IMG/VR virus record: IMGVR_UViG_2974693523_000001
Coordinates: 1-38,802 of that record
Strand: one strand, 5' to 3'
From: a virus
Taxonomy: Duplodnaviria; Heunggongvirae; Uroviricota; Caudoviricetes; Ackermannviridae
DNA length: 38,802 nucleotides
Both the position numbers and the translations under genes were made by a program. Under the pieces are notes generated by a model, which was not told where the DNA came from, made no database searches, and worked only from the letters and a program-made list of their open reading frames with translations. The first letter of the stretch is position 1, and the number at the start of each line of letters is the position of its first letter. Positions 33,702 to 38,802 of this stretch are shown in pieces.

Positions 33702-33730
33702 CTAAATATGATCATTCCAGTCCTATCTAG
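33702..33730. promoter_or_regulatory. Back-to-back late promoters: CTAAATA (+, 33702-33708) for gp54 and CTAGATA (-, 33730-33724) for gp2
   Basis: Each motif lies 33-34 nt upstream of its start codon in a 51 bp divergent gap. Confidence 0.55.
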
Positions 33731-33742
33731 TAAGAGGTTAAC

Positions 33743-34672
33743 ATGGACTTCCAAAAATTTGCTGCTCATGCTAGACGCCATGGGTTCATGTTTAATAACC
33801 GTTTTCTTGTGACTATACCATTACCAACAAAAGTTCAAGCAATGTTGGATGGTAACAACGTTGAAGAAGACGATATGGAACAACTATTCAAAAAAGGTTT
33901 TAGAATAGCAACCATTCTTACAGGTGGTAAAGCAACATCAGAGCGCGGTCTTCAAATAATGTGTTCAAGTGCCGAATTCCCGGGACTAAACATAGAAACG
34001 TCAAGTGGTATGCAAAACGGCCATAAGATAACTATTGCAACCGGTAGCTCTAAAGACAAAGCCTCTTTTTCATTTATGATCAGTGCTGACGCATACGAAA
34101 AGAAAATACTTGATGCATGGAGAGATTTCATTGTTGATAGAAGAAATAAAAAGGTTGCATACTATGATGATTACGTTGTTGATATAGAAGTATCAGCACT
34201 AGGCTTAGATGGTTATCCAACATACACCGTAAGATATCTAGAAGCATGGCCTAGCACTTTTTCAAAACTAAATTTAGAAAAACGTGTTCAAACAATGCCT
34301 CAAACCTACTCACTATCATTCACATATAAGCGATTTGATGACGACACACAAGCTTCGACAAATAATTTCTTGCAGAATTCTAGTTTGTATAAGCTAGGTG
34401 AAGATCTAATGAAGGGTGATCTGGAGTCAGCAGCATATAGAGCGCGCGAGGTGATGCTTGATGTAAAGAATGGTACATTCTCAACTAAGCAGGCACAAGA
34501 CGCTTACAATGTGCTCTCTGACGCAATAAACGGTAGTATCGGTGTAGGTGCATCAGACATTGAGGGTATTATCTCAGGGTTCAAAGCTGATGTTATACCA
34601 AGCATAGCAAACTCAGTTGATAGACAAAGTTTATCAGAGCTGAGTGATAGATTAATAGATGGTTTTATCTAA
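33743..34672 (+). CDS. gp54: Baseplate tail-tube initiator gp54-like (tail-tube fold)
   Basis: NRFLVTIP, MCSSAEFPG, ILDAWRDFIVD, YYDDYVVDIEV, Y.EAWP and FTYK. Located beside gp2 and gp32. Confidence 0.75.
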   Translation: MDFQKFAAHARRHGFMFNNRFLVTIPLPTKVQAMLDGNNVEEDDMEQLFKKGFRIATILTGGKATSERGLQIMCSSAEFPGLNIETSSGMQNGHKITIATGSSKDKASFSFMISADAYEKKILDAWRDFIVDRRNKKVAYYDDYVVDIEVSALGLDGYPTYTVRYLEAWPSTFSKLNLEKRVQTMPQTYSLSFTYKRFDDDTQASTNNFLQNSSLYKLGEDLMKGDLESAAYRAREVMLDVKNGTFSTKQAQDAYNVLSDAINGSIGVGASDIEGIISGFKADVIPSIANSVDRQSLSELSDRLIDGFI

Positions 34673-34674
34673 TG

Positions 34675-34705
34675 AAAAAGGGGACTTTAATAAAGTCCCC
34701 TTTTT
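34675..34705. terminator. Bidirectional terminator
   Basis: AAAAAGGGGACTTT-aat-AAAGTCCCCTTTTT between convergent genes. Confidence 0.85.
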
Positions 34706-34708
34706 GAA

Positions 34709-34930
34709 TTATTTTTGTTGTGCTTTTACCCAAGCTTTAAGTTCTGGGTGTACGGTTGCTTCTGGGTAGCAATGTTTAGCATGGGCTACAACCTTTTTAC
34801 TAGAATTTGGATAGCGTGATAGCATGTCAACGCTAAAAACATCAACAATGTGATCTTGTGCTGAACTTGAATAAACAACAATGATTTTTTTGTCAGGACT
34901 AATATTGATAACGTAATTTGAGTATGACAT
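34709..34930 (-). CDS. Hypothetical early protein
   Basis: 73 aa ORF directly under cassette B. Confidence 0.7.
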   Translation of the reverse strand: MSYSNYVINISPDKKIIVVYSSSAQDHIVDVFSVDMLSRYPNSSKKVVAHAKHCYPEATVHPELKAWVKAQQK

Positions 34931-35028
34931 TTTGGCTTTCCTTTAGTGTTTGCCTTAAGTTGAGTTAATAGTAAATTGAAAAATGGGCTGTTGCAAGCCC
35001 CTTTTGAAAAATATTTTGAATTATTTTA
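34928..35028 (-). repeat. Promoter/stem-loop regulatory cassette, copy B (PeSL-like)
   Basis: Reverse complement aligns to 19041-19143: TTGCAA-N17-TACTAT, the same hairpin and an identical 27 nt leader ending in ATG. Confidence 0.85.
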
Positions 35029-36165
35029 GTATGCAACCGCAACACCAGTCATAACCATACCAGTTTCTTTAAACTTTTCTGGTTGTCCGGTGATACCGTA
35101 TTTCAGTAGCACGTACCAATCTTCACTGTAGTATAGAATGTTAGTACCACCCATTGCGAATGATGCATTGCCGTACATATCAGAGGCAAATCCAAAGCCA
35201 AAGCTGTTGAAGTCAGTCTCAGGGATAGCGGCAAATGCAGCTACACCCGCAACTAAACCACGAATATTCTTAGCTTCTTGTTCAAGCCAATTGATCTTTT
35301 GTTCAGCTCCGTCCATGCGTAGTTCAAGTGCATCAATACGGAAGCCGTTAGCCGTGATACGATCGTTCATCACTTTGCCATCCATGCGCAGTTGATCCAA
35401 CTGCACAAACTGACCCGCATCAATAGCCGCTTGTGTGATTTCAAACTCTTTAAAGCGAATATCTTGTGCTTGATCACGCGCTACGCTTTCAGAATTAACT
35501 TGATTGATTTTGCTACCCAGAAACTCATCGCGATTCTTACTTTCGTTTTCCACGCGCTGGGTTTCTTTCTTAAGATCGGCGTTTACCACGGCTTGTTCTT
35601 TCTTTGCTTCGGTAATGCGTTCGTTAGTAGCAACCACGCGATCACTCACATCGTTGGTAAACTCACTAAGTTCATCAACGCGCTTGTTGACTGTGCTCAC
35701 TGTCTTACTAACTGCACCGAGATGAGCGTTCGTGGCATCAACACGCTTGTTAAGATCGGATACTGATTTTTTGTCAGCCTTACCGTTTTCAAGTGCAGTA
35801 ATTTTACTGTCTTGAATTTTGTCATGCGCAGCTGACTCTTCACGGGCAATGTTAATGCCTTCAAGTAGACGTTTGTCACTTTTATGGCGGATCTGGCCTT
35901 CTTCGGAGATGGTTTTTTCGTTAGCGTAAACACGCTCGCGCAATTCCGTATCATCGTATGCTTCGCCGTTGATAGTAACGTTGGCACCCGCATTGATAAC
36001 CACGTTGTCGGCTTTACCAATTGACACATCACAATCATTTGTGTAGCCGCTTTGGTTACATACGTGACCCATAATAACCGCGTTATCAATGTTTGATTGT
36101 GCCCCTAACGTAGCCGCAGAAACAGCACAAAGTGAAAGAACTAAAATATTTTGTTTGCTTTTCAT
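35026..36165 (-). CDS. YadA-like trimeric autotransporter (signal peptide, coiled-coil stalk, C-terminal membrane anchor)
   Basis: N-terminal signal-like MKSKQNILVLSLCAVSAATLGAQS, stalk heptads (LNKRVD, VNKRVD, TNERIT), linker GLVAGVAAFAAIP and four amphipathic beta-strands ending in the aromatic residue of GVAVAY. Confidence 0.8.
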   Translation of the reverse strand: MKSKQNILVLSLCAVSAATLGAQSNIDNAVIMGHVCNQSGYTNDCDVSIGKADNVVINAGANVTINGEAYDDTELRERVYANEKTISEEGQIRHKSDKRLLEGINIAREESAAHDKIQDSKITALENGKADKKSVSDLNKRVDATNAHLGAVSKTVSTVNKRVDELSEFTNDVSDRVVATNERITEAKKEQAVVNADLKKETQRVENESKNRDEFLGSKINQVNSESVARDQAQDIRFKEFEITQAAIDAGQFVQLDQLRMDGKVMNDRITANGFRIDALELRMDGAEQKINWLEQEAKNIRGLVAGVAAFAAIPETDFNSFGFGFASDMYGNASFAMGGTNILYYSEDWYVLLKYGITGQPEKFKETGMVMTGVAVAY

Positions 36166-36214
36166 AAAAACCTCAAATAAGTAAGTAAGAACAAAGTTTG
36201 TTAATACGGAAGTT

Positions 36215-36243
36215 AAGCTAACATGATAAAAAATTCATTGCAA
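36215..36243 (-). promoter_or_regulatory. Putative sigma70 promoter for the YadA-like gene
   Basis: TTGCAA-N17-TAGCTT with an extended -10 TG, just downstream of the gp32 terminator. Confidence 0.5.
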
Positions 36244-36250
36244 CCAAAAT

Positions 36251-36277
36251 AAAAAAGCCACCATACGGTGGCTTTTT
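36251..36277 (-). terminator. Terminator downstream of gp32
   Basis: AAAAAAGCCACC-atac-GGTGGCTTTTT. Confidence 0.8.
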
Positions 36278-36292
36278 GTCAAGTAGGTAAGT

Positions 36293-37363
36293 TTAGTTAC
36301 CGTTTTCCAACTCAGCAAGGAAGTTTTCAAAATCAGCATCAACCATACCACCAGTTTTATTCTGTGATTGGCTTGAGCTTTGATCTTGACCACCATTGTT
36401 TTGTTGACCAGCATTTGAAGATGGAGTTTGTGCCTTTTTCTCCGCTTCTTCTAACGCCTTACGCGCCATTTCAGCAGCATTAACACCAGCACCACCATTA
36501 TCTTCATGAATTGGTTTATGTGACATGAGATCTTGATCTACAGGAATTCCCATAGCTTCCTTGAATCGTTTTTCAAGAACATCGTATGGTTCTTCTTTGC
36601 GCGGATCTACGAAATCAAATAGTGAGTAAGCTTTACTACAGATTTGCTCAATTTCTTCATCTGTTTCTGCAAGACGTGATGGTTGTTGCCACTTACAACG
36701 ACCAAAGTCTTTAGCAACTAGACCAGTCCAGTCACCAATTGTACGCTCTTCACCTTCAAAGTCATACACCAAGTTTGCACCAGTGAATGGACAGAACGGA
36801 TCAGCAATAACAGGATCTGATGGGAATTTTGGAGCACCCGCAGCGTCAAGAACTTTTTTAAGTCCATTACCAAATTTGATCAGGAAAACTTTACCATTGT
36901 TTTCTGGGTTTTGTGCGTCATTAATCACAAGAATATTTGCGTAATATTCTGTTGATGGGATACGCTTTTTCAAAACTTCTTTTAACGCTTTATCGTCCAA
37001 TTCTTTTTGACGGTCCCAGTTAGGGCGATCATATTCACGAACGGGACAAGTATGACCCCAAGTTGCAGGACTGATAGCATTATAATAACGACCAGCAGAA
37101 CCTTTGAATCCGTGACGCAATACAAGAGAAACTGGAGCCAATGGGAAATCAGCTGGAATTTCACCTTTTTCTTGTGCTACGAAATCACACTCAGGTGTTG
37201 GTAGGAAGCGGATAATATTTGAAGAGATCTTTGTTTTTGCGTCAAATACATGTTTCCAGATACGCTCATCTTTTGCAAAACCACCCATCGCTGTGCGTTG
37301 TGCGGCTACCATTTGAGCATTCATACCACTGTTTTGTTTTAAGCGTTCCATTAAACGTGACAT
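36293..37363 (-). CDS. gp32: Single-stranded DNA-binding protein gp32
   Basis: DERIWK, IIRFLP, HGFK...G.YY, CPV, YYANILVINDAQNPENNGKVF..KFG..., DPFCPFTGANL and an acidic C-terminal tail. Confidence 0.95.
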   Translation of the reverse strand: MSRLMERLKQNSGMNAQMVAAQRTAMGGFAKDERIWKHVFDAKTKISSNIIRFLPTPECDFVAQEKGEIPADFPLAPVSLVLRHGFKGSAGRYYNAISPATWGHTCPVREYDRPNWDRQKELDDKALKEVLKKRIPSTEYYANILVINDAQNPENNGKVFLIKFGNGLKKVLDAAGAPKFPSDPVIADPFCPFTGANLVYDFEGEERTIGDWTGLVAKDFGRCKWQQPSRLAETDEEIEQICSKAYSLFDFVDPRKEEPYDVLEKRFKEAMGIPVDQDLMSHKPIHEDNGGAGVNAAEMARKALEEAEKKAQTPSSNAGQQNNGGQDQSSSQSQNKTGGMVDADFENFLAELENGN

Positions 37364-37443
37364 ATTTATTACCTTTCTCTTATTTTCTCTAGCGAGAACA
37401 TTGTTGAATCAATTACTTCTTTTTTGCTGTTGTCAGCTGGATT

Positions 37444-37476
37444 AATATAGTGTTATTAAACCAGCTGACAAAACAC
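37444..37476 (-). promoter_or_regulatory. Promoter for gp32 (TTGTCA-N16-TATATT), same class as the gp45 promoter
   Basis: Minus strand TGTTTTGTCAG-N10-AACACTATATT, overlapping an 11 bp inverted repeat TTGTCAGCTGG / CCAGCTGACAA (37430-37471). Confidence 0.65.
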
Positions 37477-37478
37477 TT

Positions 37479-37709
37479 TTAACTAAAAATTATTTGTGGT
37501 CTATATGGTGTAATATAAATATTGCCTGCCACATTAATAACTTTAATGGATTTTGTCTCTCCATTAAGTTTATATGTAATTACTTCAGCTTTCTTACTAT
37601 GGTGTTCTTCAGGTAGATCTTTCAAATCTTTTAAACTTGCACCACTACCAAATTTTTCTAATACAGCTACCGAAATAGCAGCAATTTCTTGTATTGTGAA
37701 TTCATTCAT
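37479..37709 (-). CDS. Hypothetical protein
   Basis: 76 aa, coupled downstream of gp33. Confidence 0.6.
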   Translation of the reverse strand: MNEFTIQEIAAISVAVLEKFGSGASLKDLKDLPEEHHSKKAEVITYKLNGETKSIKVINVAGNIYITPYRPQIIFS

Positions 37710-37710
37710 T

Positions 37711-37977
37711 TTAAAATAACCTATTTTTATTGACCTTACCCTTAACCATCTTATTGTTAATGGCTTCTACTTCAAGAGCGCGCTTTACACGTACACTAAG
37801 AAGATCGGGTACTTTATCAACTTCAATTTTGTAATCGTCACATAATCCTAGAATAATTTGTGACAGTGGTTGGCCCCTATACTTACCAACTTTTTGTGAA
37901 AGAAGAACCGCATCACTAAACGTGTTGATATCTATAGGTTTATCATATTCTTTATCAGCATGGCTTTGAATACTCAT
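37711..37977 (-). CDS. gp33: Late-transcription coactivator gp33
   Basis: FSDAV...I..LCDDYKIEVDKVPDLLS..VKRALEVEA...MVKG fits the gp33 family; gp32-proximal position. Confidence 0.8.
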   Translation of the reverse strand: MSIQSHADKEYDKPIDINTFSDAVLLSQKVGKYRGQPLSQIILGLCDDYKIEVDKVPDLLSVRVKRALEVEAINNKMVKGKVNKNRLF

Positions 37978-38225
37978 AAATCAATCCCGCTATGTCTGCC
38001 AGCATAATTGTGAGCTGTTTTAAGAATTTCTTTCCAACCTGATGGGCGTTTATCCTTAACCAAATGAGGTTCCATACTCACAGGAGCTGAGAGAATAACC
38101 TGTGTTATTGTTCCACATTCAGCACAGGATGGACAGGGTTCTGATTCTGGTTGCTTGCGATCTGCCATACTCAATTGACGTCCAAAAATGTGCCCACAAG
38201 CACCACATTTATAATCATAGAACAT
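37974..38225 (-). CDS. FmdB-family zinc-ribbon regulatory protein
   Basis: MFYDYKCGACGHIF...PCPSC...GWKEIL. Confidence 0.85.
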   Translation of the reverse strand: MFYDYKCGACGHIFGRQLSMADRKQPESEPCPSCAECGTITQVILSAPVSMEPHLVKDKRPSGWKEILKTAHNYAGRHSGIDL

Positions 38226-38228
38226 AAC

Positions 38229-38516
38229 TTACCCCAATAAGAAAAACACAAATACCATAGCTAATAAAGAAGAAATTTGATAAGGTATAATCTTAATTTT
38301 TTCATTAACTAGATTGGTATATGTATTGTGATTTTTTAGTTCACTGGTGTCAAAGTTACTAACAGTGAACAAACTGTTTTTTAACTTTGTTTCATTTTCA
38401 ACAGAGTTAGCCCTGTATAGAACCAGTATATTATGGACTGTTTTTTGTGAAGTAATAGTTATTAAAATAATAAGAACTACCCTCACAAACAAGTCTATAT
38501 ATTCTAAATAAAACAT
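38229..38516 (-). CDS. Hypothetical membrane protein
   Basis: 95 aa with N- and C-terminal hydrophobic segments. Confidence 0.6.
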   Translation of the reverse strand: MFYLEYIDLFVRVVLIILITITSQKTVHNILVLYRANSVENETKLKNSLFTVSNFDTSELKNHNTYTNLVNEKIKIIPYQISSLLAMVFVFFLLG

Positions 38517-38802
38517 TATGCTTCTCCCATATGTTTCTTGATAATACTGTGATTTCTTAAGATTGAATAAGCATCAGCAAGATCGTCAACGGGTTTTGGT
38601 ACTTTCGTTTGAATATCCAGATGCTTAACTAGATCAAAACCCATTATATCAGTAAATGCTTTAATGATTTCTGGTTTCTCTGCATTACCAGCACCAGTAA
38701 AATATTTTTTAGCTGTTGTGGGTGGTATAATTTCAAATGGTATACCCAACAAATCTAAATTCTGTTTGGTTAGACTACAGCATTCAGCAGTTTGACAAAT
38801 GT
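38516..38802 (-). CDS. RuvC-like Holliday junction resolvase, 3' part (5' end outside the window)
   Basis: PTTAKKYFTGAGNAEK and DDLADAYSI are RuvC C-terminal motifs. The frame is open to the window edge. Confidence 0.7.
   Translation of the reverse strand, partial: ICQTAECCSLTKQNLDLLGIPFEIIPPTTAKKYFTGAGNAEKPEIIKAFTDIMGFDLVKHLDIQTKVPKPVDDLADAYSILRNHSIIKKHMGEA

Noticed and set aside
33692-33781. N-terminal extension of gp2 in the ORF track (start 33781)
   Set aside because: It would overlap gp54 head-to-head and cover both late promoters; ATG 33691 has a good RBS.
339-37719. Numerous 60-130 aa ORFs nested in or antisense to the main genes (e.g. 2894-3211, 9004-9369, 12135-12494, 19942-20319, 35392-35766, 35697-36089)
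   Set aside because: They are fully overlapped by well-supported genes, show no recognisable motifs, and are expected by chance.
38504-38510. CTAAATA on the plus strand
   Set aside because: It lies antisense within a coding region with no plus-strand gene downstream, so it is probably a chance match. This shows the 7-mer alone is not diagnostic in AT-rich DNA.
1-38802. Systematic homopolymer assembly error as the explanation for both frame anomalies (regA and Alt-like/ART)
   Set aside because: Not fully excluded, since each is fixed by one added base. However, all other long genes rich in A/T runs are intact, which argues against pervasive error. Raw reads are needed to decide.
1-38802. CRISPR array, tRNA, rRNA, IS or transposase
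   Set aside because: I saw no regularly spaced direct repeats, cloverleaf-compatible sequences or transposase motifs by eye; tRNAscan-SE and CRISPR finders were not run.

Overview
This 38.8 kb window is part of a lytic, AT-rich T4-superfamily myophage genome whose gene order looks Ackermannviridae-like (ViI-like). From left to right it carries: a minus-strand baseplate block (beta-helix tailspike/fibre, gp7-like, gp6); a 460 bp non-coding divergence point with origin-like hairpins; a plus-strand replication block (gp45, gp44, gp62, regA, a bacterial-type GroES, a MazG/PRA-PH-like pyrophosphatase, a ParB-like protein, a DinG-like helicase, RNase HI, gp55, gp47, gp46); a large Alt-like internal head protein followed by an ADP-ribosyltransferase ORF; nrdA, nrdB and a glutaredoxin; two tandem TAGT/GREB1-like glycosyltransferases; gp2, gp54, a YadA-like trimeric autotransporter, gp32, gp33, an FmdB-like zinc ribbon and a partial RuvC-like gene. 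The strongest leads are (1) an A_AAA_AAG-stop slippery site that would fuse the Alt-like protein to the ART domain by a -1 frameshift, (2) the duplicated glycosyltransferases, which suggest multi-step DNA glycosylation, (3) a YadA-like outer-membrane protein in a lytic phage, (4) a ~100 bp promoter/stem-loop cassette present twice and spanning exactly from a stop codon to a start codon, and (5) the hairpin-rich putative origin. I saw no tRNA, rRNA, CRISPR array, intron or intein. All protein calls come from motif recognition by eye; no database search was run.
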